From Octopus sinensis (taxonomy: Eukaryota), in contig NC_043018.1 of NCBI RefSeq assembly GCF_006345805.1, positions 28,706,001 through 28,770,000 of the forward strand: DNA of 64,000 bases, given 5' to 3'. The first letter of the stretch is position 1. Every line of letters starts with the position of its first letter. The notes below the pieces were generated by a model that saw only the letters and a list, made by a program, of their open reading frames with translations, was not told the origin of the DNA and did not search any database. Below, piece by piece: positions 25,440-38,230 of this stretch. A program made the position numbers and the translations under genes.

Positions 25440-25615
25440 ATCATCATCATCATTGTTTAACATCCGTTTTTCGCGCTAGCATGGGTTGGACGGTTCGACC
25501 GGGGTCTGGGAAGCCAGGGGCTGAACCAGGCTCCAGTCTGATCTGGCAGAGTTTCTACAGCTGGATGCCCTTCCTAACGCCAACCACTCCACGAGTGTAG
25601 TGGGTGCTTTTTGAA
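25440..25615 (-). mobile_element. 5'-truncated RTE 3' end
   Basis: Matches the terminal ~170 bp of both RTE copies with (GAT)n tail. Confidence 0.85.
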
Positions 25616-26849
25616 CTCATTTGCCCAAGGTGCTGCACAGTGGGACTGAACCCAAGACCACATGATTGGAAAGCAAGCTTCTTCTTATCCACCCAACCAA
25701 CCAACCAGAGCAACATCCATAAAATTTCATGCGAATATTTCCTTTTTACATACAGCAGATGGCTGCACCAATCAGACTACGCTAAGAGCTTAATAAAGAC
25801 ATTTCTCTTTATAACTTCATTGATTCTCCATAAAATCCGTTCATTAAGCTGGACAGAAATTTGTAAATAGCAACAAGGTTTCTCTGCTGTCAGTCTTATG
25901 GAATAGATCAAACTGCCTGAACTGTGCAAGCATGGAAGGTGAATATAACATGATGATGATGAGGATGATTACAAAGAATATATAAATAGGACAGATAGAT
26001 TTGCAGAATTTCTTTAACTCACTGATGCCAAGAAGAAATATCAGAAACATATGATGTGATTGGTTTAAATTGACATTTATTGTACGATTGATATCTCTGT
26101 TCCCAAATGTATTCGCATGTTTATTCTTACATCTGTTTTAAATCACATCTCACTATTACAGTTCTAATGTTGTATATCAAGTGATTTGTTGTTACTACAA
26201 AAGGCAAATACACTACTGAAGGATATATTGATGTATATATATAGTGTATATATAGAAATAACTAAATATTTCCACTGTGAGGATATATACTCTTTTTATA
26301 GGAATGAAATCATCCTAGTTACTCTGGTTTAATTCTCTATGTCAATGATAAAAGTTACATCGATATAAATAGGCATATTAAAAATGTAGAATTAAGATAA
26401 ACAAGAAAGTGGAAAGTATATAGATATAATTTAATCTATTAACATGATTTTGGAAGAGTAGCACTAACGTGCGGACGTGGCTAAGACTTCTCTCAGGGAA
26501 AACCCTACGCACAGAGAAGCTCTCTCTTTGAACCAGGAATGAACACTGTATCTTCTTGGCTCACCCGAGTGAATATTTACGTACAATCCTGTGGGCTTGG
26601 CTGCCAGTTCGCCCATAAGAAATATATATGTATATATTTTACCTGTGAACCTGAAGAATAAACTACTATTTATTATTGAAGACAGCCGGATTTTTGGTTC
26701 CTTTTCTTCGACTTGTATGTGATAAGATAAGACCAGACACCCCTCCAGTGTTCCTGAAACTCTCATCTTGTTACAAACATATAGTTAATTAAAATGCCTA
26801 CAATTGTTTCAGTTTTACTCGATGCTAATTACAAATTTATAAAACACTG

Positions 26850-27235
26850 GAACATAATGTCAACTTTGCTTTTCAGCTCTTCAGGATAGCTTTAAAATTC
26901 ATCCAAGGCCTGGCCCCCATGCCATCCATCCACTACAGAAATCATGTTCGTGTTATATTACAACACTATGACAGAACTATTTCCCCTCAACTGGCCCTGC
27001 TCTCTTCAGTGTCATGCCACATAAAGGAGGAAAGGGATTTCAGGGCATTCAAACAGTCCCTAGATGATCCCCTCCAACAAATACCAGACAAACCACCCAC
27101 ACCTGGATATGCCTCTGAAAACAATAACCCTGTGCTCAAATGGGCTATGGTTCCCAAGAGCTGCCTGTATCTCTTCCAGGTGGTGCTATTAAATTAAACA
27201 TGGCCTGGGCCAACTTGGGCTGAAACTTATCTAAG
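26850..27235 (+). pseudogene. CR1/L2-group LINE ORF2 C-terminal remnant
   Basis: RDFRAFKQSLDDPLQQIPDKPPTPGYASENNNPVLKW resembles the typical CR1-group ORF2 terminus. Confidence 0.6.
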
Positions 27236-27268
27236 TAGTAATCTAAGTAACAGCTAAAATACAATACC

Positions 27269-27501
27269 TATTTCTTTACTACCCACAAGGGTCTAAACAC
27301 AGAGAGGACAAACAAGGACAGACAAACAGATTAAGTCGATTACATCGACCCCAGTACGTAACTGGTACTTATTTAATCGACCCCGAAAGGATGAAAGGCA
27401 AAGTTGACCTTGGCGGAATTTGAACTCAGAACGTAGCGGCAGACGAAATACTGCTAAGCATTTTGCCGGGCATGCTAACGTTTCTGCTAGCTCGCTGCTT
27501 T
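27269..27501 (-). mobile_element. SINE-B variant with 23-bp target-site duplication
   Basis: agtaacagctaaaatacaatacc at 27246-27268 and 27502-27524. Confidence 0.9.
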
Positions 27502-27725
27502 AGTAACAGCTAAAATACAATACCGTTCAAGAATTAGGGTCGACATAACTGACTTGCCTCTTCTCAAAAACTACTGGCTTAAACCTTGCAATGAATTAGT
27601 GTCCTATTCATCAACAATGTTGTAATCTTGGTGACTTATACCTCATGGAAAACTAGGTAACTGGCCTCATAAGTCATAGCAGTTAAGGGAAACAAAAAAA
27701 CAAATCCAATGAGAAATACAGCTAC

Positions 27726-28132
27726 AGGTGCAGGAGTGGATGTGTGGTAAGTAGCTTGCTAACCAACCACATGGTTCCGGGTTCAGTCCCACTGCATGGC
27801 ATCTTGGGCAAATGTCTTATGCCAAAGCCTCGGGCCGACCAAAGCCTTGTGAGTGGATTTGGTAGACAGAAACTGGAAGAAGCCCATCGTATATATGTAT
27901 GTATAAATTTATGTATGTATATGTTTGTGTGTCTGTGTTTGTCCCCCTAGCGTTGCTTGACAACTGGTGCTGGTGTGTTTACGTCCCCGTCACTTAGCGG
28001 TTCGGCAAAAGAGACCGATAGAAGTAAGTACTGCGCTTACAAAGAATAAGTCCCGGGGTCGATTTGCTCGACCAAAGGCGGTGCTCCAGCATGGCCACAA
28101 TCAAATGACTGAAACAAGTAAAAGAGAGAGAG
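27726..28132 (+). mobile_element. SINE family A
   Basis: Full-length copy. Confidence 0.88.
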
Positions 28133-28256
28133 AGTACACCATAGCTAGTATTGGTTTATTTCAATCCCTAAAGGAAAATATTAGAAAAAATTTAGACTGT
28201 AAAGATTCAGGCTTAAATAACGAAAGGTATTTAATCAATGCCTAGACCATTCTTAC

Positions 28257-28337
28257 CTTCCTGCCACACTGCTCATGTTGAAGTGACAACACATTAATCA
28301 TGTTATGGCCACTTAACGTGTTCTTCATGTTGTTGTT
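28257..28337 (-). other. Second copy of the 81-nt exon-like unit
   Basis: Same acceptor and donor; one substitution (AAT to CAT). Confidence 0.55.
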
Positions 28338-28873
28338 CTAAGCAAAAAAGTTAACATTGAATTCCAGGAATAACTCTCAGACTTACAAATAATGGTTTTA
28401 TTTTTATCCCTGTCATACTTTTAGCACATTTCAAAATTGAAAGTGGTTCATTGTAGAGTTTGCTTTCTATATAATCTCTCCTCATCCCTCTTTCTGTATG
28501 TGTACACATGTGCTTGTGTGTATACACACACACGCACATATGTGCACACATATATAAATACACACCTGCATACATGCACACATACACACCTGCATATACA
28601 TACATATATATACACACACACATACATACACACCTGCATACATATATATATATACACACACATACATACACACCTGCATATACATATACACACACATTCA
28701 CACATAGTCATACACACACACACATATATACATAAGGGCCATAAGTTAAATCCTAATTTATATCTAACAATGATTTCAGTGCCAAATCACGTTTGACTTT
28801 GATAATGAAGAGACTAATGCATTTATCTAAACTCGTGTAACACTCATACGCACAAAGATACACACACACACTC

Positions 28874-28909
<36 letters not shown>

Positions 28910-28911
28910 TC

Positions 28912-28943
<32 letters not shown>

Positions 28944-28945
28944 TC

Positions 28946-28997
<52 letters not shown>

Positions 28998-29175
28998 CAC
29001 ACACACACACAAAGAGAGGAAAAATACACACAAATTCATACTTTTATGCAGCTTACATAAGTTATCTAAAATGCATTTGACACAAACTCACACACAATCA
29101 TCATCATCAAAATGGACTTTTAATGATGATGATGTGTGTATCTATATAAGTGTCTATGTATATGTGTTTGCATAT

Positions 29176-29232
<57 letters not shown>

Positions 29233-29234
<2 letters not shown>

Positions 29235-29610
29235 ATTATTATTTGAAGGAATAAAATCCAAACTTACAAGGAAAAAGAATTCAATTTAGAAATACTAAAT
29301 CAAATTCCACACAATATAATATATATATATATATATATGAAATATGAGAAAAAAACCACCTTTTATCAATTCAAAATGAATAATTAAATTACACCTTCTG
29401 GAAAATTACATATAAAAGTTAAAATTAAGATAACAATTAAAAAGTAAAGATTAAGTAAATTACAAAAATAATATAATGTATATAATAGGTAGAAAAACGA
29501 CACGTGTCATTTTTCTACCTATTATAATTTAAACTTATATATGTAATTTTCCAGATGGTGAAATTTAATTATTAATTTTGAATTGATAAACGGTGTTTTT
29601 TTTCTAATAT
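29233..29610. mobile_element. AT-rich fold-back element (probable Penelope-like), uninterrupted copy
   Basis: Arms ~29347-29414 and ~29537-29606 plus inner hairpin ~29480-29526; homologue at 58605-60300. Confidence 0.6.
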
Positions 29611-29621
29611 TTTATATATAT

Positions 29622-29692
<71 letters not shown>

Positions 29693-29703
29693 GTATTTTT
29701 ATA

Positions 29704-29864
29704 AGTGCAGGTGTGGCTGTGTGGTAAGAAGATTTCTTCCCAACCTCATGGTTCCTGGTTTAGTCCCACAGAGTGACACCTTGGGCAAGTGTTTTCTACT
29801 ATAGCCTTGAGTCGACCTAAGCCTTGTGAGTGGATTTGTTAAATGGAAACTAAAAGAAGCGTGT

Positions 29865-29895
<31 letters not shown>

Positions 29896-30095
29896 ATACA
29901 TATATATGTATATGTTTGTCTCCCACCATTGCTTGACAACTGATGGTTGTGTTTACATCCCCGTAGCTTAGCAGTTTGGCAAAAGAGACTGATGGAATAC
30001 GTACTAGGCTTAGAAAGAATAAGTCCTGGGGTAGATTTCTTCGACTAAAGGTAGTGCTCCAGCATGGCTGCAGTCAGATGACTAAATCAAGTAAA
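29704..30095 (+). mobile_element. SINE family A
   Basis: Full-length, moderately diverged. Confidence 0.85.
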
Positions 30096-30300
30096 TGAAA
30101 AAAAATGTGTGAGTGTATTTTTGTTTTACTTAATCCTATCCAGTAATTTTTCTGGCACTTTATAATGTAAGTTCAAATCTAGCCAAGTATGACAGGCAGA
30201 GACAGACAGAGAGATATATAAAGAGAGAGAGAAACAGATAAGTATATAGGTATGTATGAATGTATATGCATGCATGTGGATATCTTTGTATCTATCTATC

Positions 30301-30338
<38 letters not shown>

Positions 30339-30339
<1 letters not shown>

Positions 30340-30735
30340 CTTTATATATAAAAGTAAGGTTGTGTATCTGTCACCTACGATTTAGATTCCTAACTACTCC
30401 CACATTTTGTGGTGCAGTTTAACCAAAACCGGGTATCTTATAGTCGTGATTCATATCGAGCCCTTCCGGGTATTAGCGCATGTCTACGATGAGTCTACGA
30501 TTTAAAAAAAAATTTACCATCATTTTTTTCCATTTTAATGCATTTCTTTCGCTATTATATAAAGAAAGCAACTCTCTAAAAATGTCTACGATGAGTCAAC
30601 GATTTAAAAAAAAATTTACCATCATTTTTTTCCCTTTTTAATGCATTTTTTGCTATTTTTTGGCTATAACTCTCTAAAAATGCTTATATAGTTATTTCCC
30701 TTACAAACCCGAGCAACACCGGGCGATACTGCTAG
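30339..30735 (+). mobile_element. Non-autonomous Helitron
   Basis: A|TC start, cccgagcaacaccggg hairpin, CTAG|T end; same family as 55178-55578. Confidence 0.85.
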
Positions 30736-31029
30736 TATATATATATATATATATAAAAATACAAAATGGGACAAGAATGCAAAATATCCAGAAGACGATA
30801 CAAAAAACACGGACGGGTCATTCGAAGCCTTTAATCTTCAGTCGAGAACCAGATCATCCTCGCAATTTCGGCTGATTAATCTTGAGATTGCTCCAATCTG
30901 GCCAGCCCCAAGGAAAAACTAAGCTAATAGCATTAGATTCCTCGGAAAAAAGCAGCGAATGTATACGAAACAAGGACAGAAAAATGGACAATATTACACG
31001 AATATAAATACAAAAATAATACGAAAAAC

Positions 31030-31078
<49 letters not shown>

Positions 31079-31161
31079 GGACATCACAACAGGCGTCTTT
31101 CGACTAGGGAACGAATTGAATTCACGTGGCGTTTTAGGAATTGTGCCTAACGGCATAACAC

Positions 31162-34044
31162 AGGTACAAGATTTTCTGGGCAGGGAACACTGACGGGGTT
31201 GGTGGCATGGGTATACTTATCGCTGAGAAATGGATAGATAGAGTAATTGAGGTAATCAGAGTAAGTGACAGAATACTTAAGATTAGAATAGTGCTTCATA
31301 ATAGATTAGCAACCATTATATCGGCCTATGCCCCTCAGCCAGGGCTACCCGATGGACAGAAAGACAGTTTCTATGACACCCTACTGCAGACCACCTCATC
31401 GACGAACGACAGGGACCTTCTCTTTGTGGCTGGTGATTTCAATGGGCATGTTGGACGACATGCTGGGGGCTTCCATGGCGTACATGGAGGCTACGGTTAT
31501 GGTTCCCGCAACGAGGAGGGAACCAGGCTGCTGGAGTTCTGCGATGCGAATAGTCTTATGGTCTGCAACACTAACTTCAGGAAACCAACAAGCCACCTGG
31601 TCACCTACCGATCGGGCCGGCATACTAGCCAAATCGACTACATCCTTGCCAGAAAAAGGGAAAGATGGCTGCTTATAAATGCCAAAACCTTCCCAGGTGA
31701 AGAATGCACCCCACAACATAGACTGGTAGTTAGTGACTTTAGGATCAGGACTAAGAGGGCGACTAGAAGACGACCTACATGGAGAAGAAGGGTCTGGAAG
31801 CTTAAAGCCCCTGCGAATGGACAGAGATTTAGAGATATGTTACTTGAAGCCTTTGACGAAGTGGAAGGGGGTATAGCTACACATGGGGTAGAAGACAACT
31901 GGACGTTTCTGAGGGACAACCTGCTGAAAGCCGCTGACCAGATCTGTGGCTGGTGCAAAGTCCCCTTAAGACCCAAAATAACGTGGTGGTGGAACAATAT
32001 TGTTGACAGGGCTATTAGACAAAAGAAACAGGCTTGGAAGGCCTGGAAGAACGGTGGTAGCAGGGAAGGGTATCAGACTGCCAGAAGGGAAGCTAGGAGA
32101 CAGGTCTATCTAGCCAGAGGGGAAGCAGATAAGAGAAAATTTGCCAATGTCCTGCGCCGTGAGGATGAAAGACTTGAGGTATTTCGTGTTGCAAGACAGT
32201 GTGTGAGAGAGAATCGTGATGTGGTAGGAGAGAAATGTGTTCGCATGGAGGATGGTTCACTTGCGCTAAATGAGGATGCAAAGAGAGAAGCTTGGAGACG
32301 CCACTATGAAAGGTTACTGAATGAGGAAAATGAATGGGATAAAAAGAGTCTGCCGAATGTTGACCCTACAGAGGGACCAGCTATCCGAGTTGATAGTTCC
32401 GTGGTAGCTAAGGCAATTAGAAGCATGAAGACAGGGAAAGCCCCAGGCCCATCAGGAATTACTGCAGAGATGCTCAAAATATCTGGCAGTGTCGGCTATA
32501 ACCTAGTCACCCGTATAGTCAACCAGGTGATACACGAAGGAGTCATACCCAATGACTGGTGCAGCAGCATACTAGTCAACTGCTACAAAGGTAAAGGTGA
32601 TGCCCTAGATACAAATAATTACAGAGGTATCAAGCTGTTGGATCAAGTAATGAAGGTTACGGAGAGGGTCATAGCCCAACTAATTAGAGAGAGAGTTAGT
32701 TTAGATGAGATGCAGTTTGGGTTCGTGCCAGGGAAAAGTACCACTGATGCTATATTCCTGGTAAGGCAGCTGCAGGAGAAATACCTAGCCAAAGATAAGC
32801 CCCTGTACCTGGCTTTCGTTGACATGGAGAAAGCTTTTGATAGGGTCCCCCGATCCCTTATCTGGTGGTCAATGAGGAAACTAGGGATAGATGAATGGCT
32901 GGTGAGGACTGTGCAAGCCATGTACAGAGATGCCGTAAGTAAGGTTAGGGTTGGCAACATGTACACAGAAGAATTCAAAGTAGAGGTTGGGGTCCACCAG
33001 GGTTCAGTACTCAGCCCCCTCCTATTTATCATAGTACTCCAGGCAATTACGGAGGAATTCAAGACAGGCTGTCCCTGGGAGCTCCTCTACGCTGACGACC
33101 TTGCTCTTATTGCTGAGTCACTATCAGAACTGGAGGAGAAGTTCCAGGTGTGGAAGGAGGGTTTAGAATCAAGGGGCCTTAGAGTCAACCTAGCTAAAAC
33201 CAAAGTACTAATAAGTAGAAAGGTAGACAATCCACAAATATCTTCAGGAAGATGGCCCTGCTCGATCTGTAGAAAAGGTGTAGATAGAAACTCTATAAGA
33301 TGTACCCAGTGTAAGCTATGGACACATAAGAGGTGCAGCAATGTCAAAGGTAGGCTAACTGGGAAGATAGTTTTTGTATGTGGCAGATGCTCGGGAGCAT
33401 TAACCTCCGAAAATCTGCAGAAAACAACTTCCGTCACTTTCCAGGGGGAAAACTAGAAAGTAGTTGATAGCTTCCGTTATCTAGGTGACCAAGTCAGTAG
33501 TGGGGGTGGGTGCGCTGAAAGTGTAACTGCTAGAATAAGAATAGCCTGGGCAAAGTTTAGGGAGCTCTTACCTCTGCTGGTGACTAAAGGCCTCTCGCTC
33601 AGAGTAAAAGGCAGACTGTATGATGCGTGTGTACGAACAGCCATGCTACATGGCAGCGAAACATGGGCCGTGACTGCTGAGGACATGCGTAAGCTCGTGA
33701 GGAATGAAGCCAGTATGCTCCAATGGATGTGTAATGTCAGTGTACATACTCGACAGAGCGTTAGCACCTTGAGAGAAATGTTGTACCTAAGAAGCATCAG
33801 TTGTGGTGTGCAAGAGAGACGTTTGCGCTGGTATGGTCATGTGGCGAGAATGGATGAAGATAGGTGTGTGAGAAAGTGCCAATCCCTGGCAGTTGAGGGA
33901 ACCCGTGGAAGAGGTAGACCCAGGAAAACCTGGGACGAGGTGGTGAAGCACGACCTTCGAACTTTAGGCCTCACTGAGGAAATGACCAGAGACCGAGACC
34001 TTTGGAAATATTCTGTACGTGAGAAGACCAGGCAGGACAAGTGA
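31162..34044 (+). pseudogene. RTE ORF2 (partial APE, RT, PHD-like finger) with a single TAG at 33454-33456
   Basis: One frame throughout: GDFNGHVG, SQIDYIL, GVHQGSVLSP, LLYADD, FRYLG. Confidence 0.93.
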
Positions 34045-34135
34045 GCCCAGCCCACTTATGAATGCCTTTCCTCCCTTGGACACAAAGACCGGTTGAGGCA
34101 AGCGAAGTCGATATAAAACCTCATCCGACGACAGA

Positions 34136-34740
34136 CACCCATGCCAACCCCCCATGCTTGCGAAGACATGTTGGGGCAAGCGAAATCGAAATCGAAACCG
34201 AATTGAACCAGCCAGGATCCCTGGCCTGGTGGTACGTAAAAAGCACTATCCGACTCGTGGCCGTGGCACGTAAAATACTCCAATGCGACCGTACGACAGG
34301 CACCCATGCCAACCCCCTTTGCTTGTGAAGACATGTTGGGGCAAGCGAAATCGAAATCGAATTGAACCAGCCAGGATCCCTGGTCTGGTGGTACGTAAAA
34401 AGCACTATCCGACTCGTGGCCGTGGCACGTAAAATACTCCAATGCGACCGTACGACAGGCACCCATGCCAACCCCCTTGCTTGTGAAGACATGTTGGGGC
34501 AAGCGAAATCGAAATCGAATTGAACCAGCCAGGATCCCTGGTCTGGTGGTACGTAAAAAGCACTATCCGACTCGTGGCCGTGGCACGTAAAATACTCCAA
34601 TGCGACCGTACGACAGGCACCCATGCCAACCCCCTTTGCTTGTGAGGACGTGTTGGGGCAAGCGAAATCGAAATCGAATTGAACCAGCCAGGATCCCTGG
34701 TCTGGTGGTACGTAAAAAGCACTATCCGACTCGTGGCCGA
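34136..34740 (+). repeat. ~159-bp tandem array (about 3.8 units) in RTE copy 2 3' UTR
   Basis: cacccatgcc at 34136, 34301, 34460 and 34618. Confidence 0.92.
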
Positions 34741-36440
34741 TGCCAGCACCGCCTCGACTGGCTTCCGTGCCGGTGGCACATAAAATACACCAATCTGACC
34801 GTGGCCGTTGCCAGCCCCGCCTGGCACCTGTGCAGGTGGCACGTAAAAAGCACCCACTACACTCACGGAGTGGTTGGCGTTAGGAAGGGCATCCAGCTGT
34901 AGAAACATTGCCAGATTAGACTGGAGCCTGGTGCAGCCTTCTGGCTTCCCAAAACCCCAGTCGAACCGTCCAACCCATGCTAGCATGGAGAACGGACGTT
35001 AAACGACGATGATGATGATGATGATATCTGTTTGTTTGTGTGTGTGTGTAAGAGTGTGCTTTGAAACATAGGTATGTGCATGAGTGCATGTATGTCAGTA
35101 TGTATATGTTAGTAGTGTGTGCATGTGTATATTCCATCAAGTGATCAGATTCTTGGGAAGAAACAAGTGAGATTTCCTATAACAACACTTTTGTAGGGGA
35201 GATATAAAGATGAGAAGACAATAGGGAGATCTCGTTAGTAAATGATGGAATAATTAACTTATTTAAGAGCAACGTTTTAATTAAATTTATTTCAGCTAAA
35301 AGGTATGTCTGTGATTTTAACAGCAACAAATACACAGATATGTGAGATGAGAGAAAATGAGAACAGATGCACTCACAGACATTTAGAAGTGTTTGTGCAA
35401 GTGTTTTTCTGGTTGTGCACTTCTTGTCTTCAATAATTATATATTTCCTCATCATTATCATCTTAGAATGTCTGTTTTCCATACTGGCATAATTTTGTCA
35501 GCTTCACAGGATCCAATGAGCTGAAGGATTGTATTGAGTGCCAATGTTTTCTTTTGACATGTTTTCCATAGCTCAATGCCTTTCCTAATACCAATCACTT
35601 CATAGAATACACTCAGTGGCTATTATTCTGTGGCACCAACACTAATGGGTTTGCCAAGTAATTCACAAGACAAACAAATTATAAAGGCCTCCACAACTGA
35701 GTAGAAATACAGTAGAGGGATATAGATGTTCTTTATATCAGGTGTTGAGAGGTTAGAGTAATGTCAGGGGGACAGGAACAGGTATCTTGCTATAGCTAAG
35801 ATACACATCTACCTCAGATTATATAAGAGTGGGTGGGGATTGCTGGAAAGAGAGATAAAGGCAGTAATGATGAAGTGATATGGTGGACTTGCAAGGTAGA
35901 AAAGGTGAGCATAAATGAGAACTGAGACATGGGTTTGAAAAGAGTAGGTGGGTTAGTTCATAAGAGGATATGAAGAGAGTAACCGATGGTTCAAATGGAG
36001 GTGGAAGCAGACAAAGTTGTGGTTGATGGTAAATATAAGTTTTGGCATGGAAGAAGGTGGAAGGAATAGGAATGCAGAAGGGAGGAGGTGGTAAGTGGTA
36101 GTGAAGAGCAACAGCATAAAAAAACGGTAGATAGATGAGAAGTAGGGGTGAGTGTTGGGAGGTAGTTAAGTACAAAGACAGGGATGGAAGTTAGAGGTAC
36201 ATAGGGGTGGATATAGCGTAGGTGAAAAAAAGGTGTAGGGAACCATTAATAGCAGATCTGAAAGGGTGTTAAAAATGATAGCAGATATGTGAGTGTGTTA
36301 AGGGTGATGTATAACACTCATACCATGTAACACAAGGGCAAGGGTGGAGGTAACCAGTGCCACAAAAAAGAGGAGTAAACAGCTGGAAATTAAGTGGGAA
36401 AGGATGATATCAAGAACAACAACAATTATAATAACGGTAA

Positions 36441-36811
36441 TCTCTCTATATATAAATGGCAAAATGTCTGTCTGTGTACGTGTGTCCTTTATAAAAATCC
36501 ACAATTTTTCAGTTAGAGGTCTCACACTTTCTGTGGTCATTCAGAACCGTCCAAGGGTGGTCGTGCACATCTTTACATTTCCCCAGTCACCCTGCAAAGC
36601 CATTAAAAAAATCAATAGAAGTGATTTTTTTGTGAATTTTCTATCCAAAACACAATCAAAATGCCCGAAACTTGATAAGCCAATTGAATGTCAGCTAGCT
36701 GTATGTGATTGGCCGGTAATTTGGACAGTACTCACGTATATGTGCACACGAACACAGCTGTATATGCATGCACTAGCACTATGACCTGGCGTTGCCGAGT
36801 CATATTGCTAG
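36441..36811 (+). mobile_element. Non-autonomous Helitron (second family)
   Basis: A|TC start, gacctggcgttgccgagtc hairpin, CTAG|T end. Confidence 0.8.
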
Positions 36812-37069
36812 TGATAATAATATTGGTTTCAAATTTTGGCACAAGGCCAGCAATTTAGGGGAGGGAGTAAGTCAAGTACTTATTTTATCAACCCCAAAAG
36901 GGTTGAGAGACAAATAAATATGTGTGTGTGTGTGTGTGTATACATGCGCAAACACATAAGATTTATTTGTTTGTTGCAAATTTTCTCTCTCTAGAATTAT
37001 CTGACTCTACAAACACATACATACTTAGATACACATATGTGCATACGAGCATATGTGTAGTTTTCTGGC

Positions 37070-37310
37070 CCCCGTGCCGATGGCACGTAAAAAGCACCAT
37101 CCGATCGTGGCCGTTTGCCAGCCTCGTCTGGCACGTAAAAAGCACCCACTACACTCACAGAGTGGTTGGTGTTAGGAAGGGCATCAAGCCGTAGAAACAT
37201 TGCCAGATCAGACTGGGGCCTGGTGCAGCCTTCTGGCTTCCCAGAACCCATTTGAACCGTCCAACCCATGCTAGCATGGAAAGCAGATGCTAAACGATGA
37301 TGATGATGAT
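37070..37310 (+). mobile_element. 5'-truncated RTE 3' end
   Basis: Matches the RTE terminal region and (GAT)n tail. Confidence 0.85.
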
Positions 37311-37581
37311 GAAAGGTAAGAATGTATGTTGGTGAAATGTATAGTAAGGCAGTTACCATAGAAACACAATGCATGTTGTACAATGTAAGGTGTATAGTGA
37401 AGCAGATACTATACAGAGAATTGACTGTCTGTTGTATAATGTGTGTGTATATGCTTGTAGGTATGTATGCGTACACGTATACATGTGTGTTTATCTCTGA
37501 AGGGTTTTTTTTTTGTCTTCCATTGACACCATCCCACCAGGGTGACGTGACAATGTCTGATGTGTGAATATAATATTTTAA

Positions 37582-37953
37582 CCCTTTTGACACCAATCCA
37601 GCGGAAACGGCCTCTGGCTCTGTAATACAAATGTCATGTTTTCAAAAGTTCTGAATTAAAATCTTCCACCAAACCTTAGTCACGATTTATGTTCCTAACA
37701 CTAGCTTAAGGACAACTAAGTTATTTTACTAAATTCTTTGTTATTCCTTTACTTGTTTCAGTACTTGTTTCAGACTGTGGCCATGCTGGAGCACTACCTT
37801 CAGTCAAGCAAATCGACCCTAGGACTTATTCTTTGTAAGCCTAGTACTTATTCTATCAGTCTCTTTTGCCAAACTGCTAAGTTACAGGGACATAAGCACA
37901 CCAGCATTGGTTGTCAAGTAATGTTTGGGAATGAGCAGACACAAACATACACA

Positions 37954-38039
<86 letters not shown>

Positions 38040-38230
38040 CACAACGGGTTTCTTTCAATTTCCATCTACAAAATCCATTCACAAGACTTTGGTCAACCCA
38101 AGGCTATAGTAGAAGACACTTCCACAAGGTGCCACATTATTGAACTGAACACGGAACCAAGTGGTTGGTAAGCAAGCTACTTACCACACAGCCACTCCTA
38201 TTGAAATATGGAAATATGGTAAAAAAAGGG
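37582..38230. mobile_element. piggyBac-type MITE interrupted by a SINE-A (37750-38200, minus)
   Basis: TTAA|cccttttgacacc ... ggtaaaaaaaggg|TTAA. Confidence 0.6.

Larger units (their letters stand above)
31162..35025 (+). mobile_element. RTE-clade LINE, 5'-truncated, young (copy 2)
   Basis: Starts inside the APE domain; RT; 3' UTR arrays; (GAT)n tail. Confidence 0.93.
27190..35980 (-). repeat. Arm B of inverted segmental duplication, expanded by RTE, Helitron and SINE insertions
   Basis: Collinear with arm A once 29230-35025 inserts are discounted. Confidence 0.85.

Noticed and set aside
30810-30870. Minus-strand CUGAAGA...GAAUGACCCGUC (also ~17440 and ~25220) as a hammerhead
   Set aside because: Lacks A15.1, and neither stem I nor stem II pairs convincingly.
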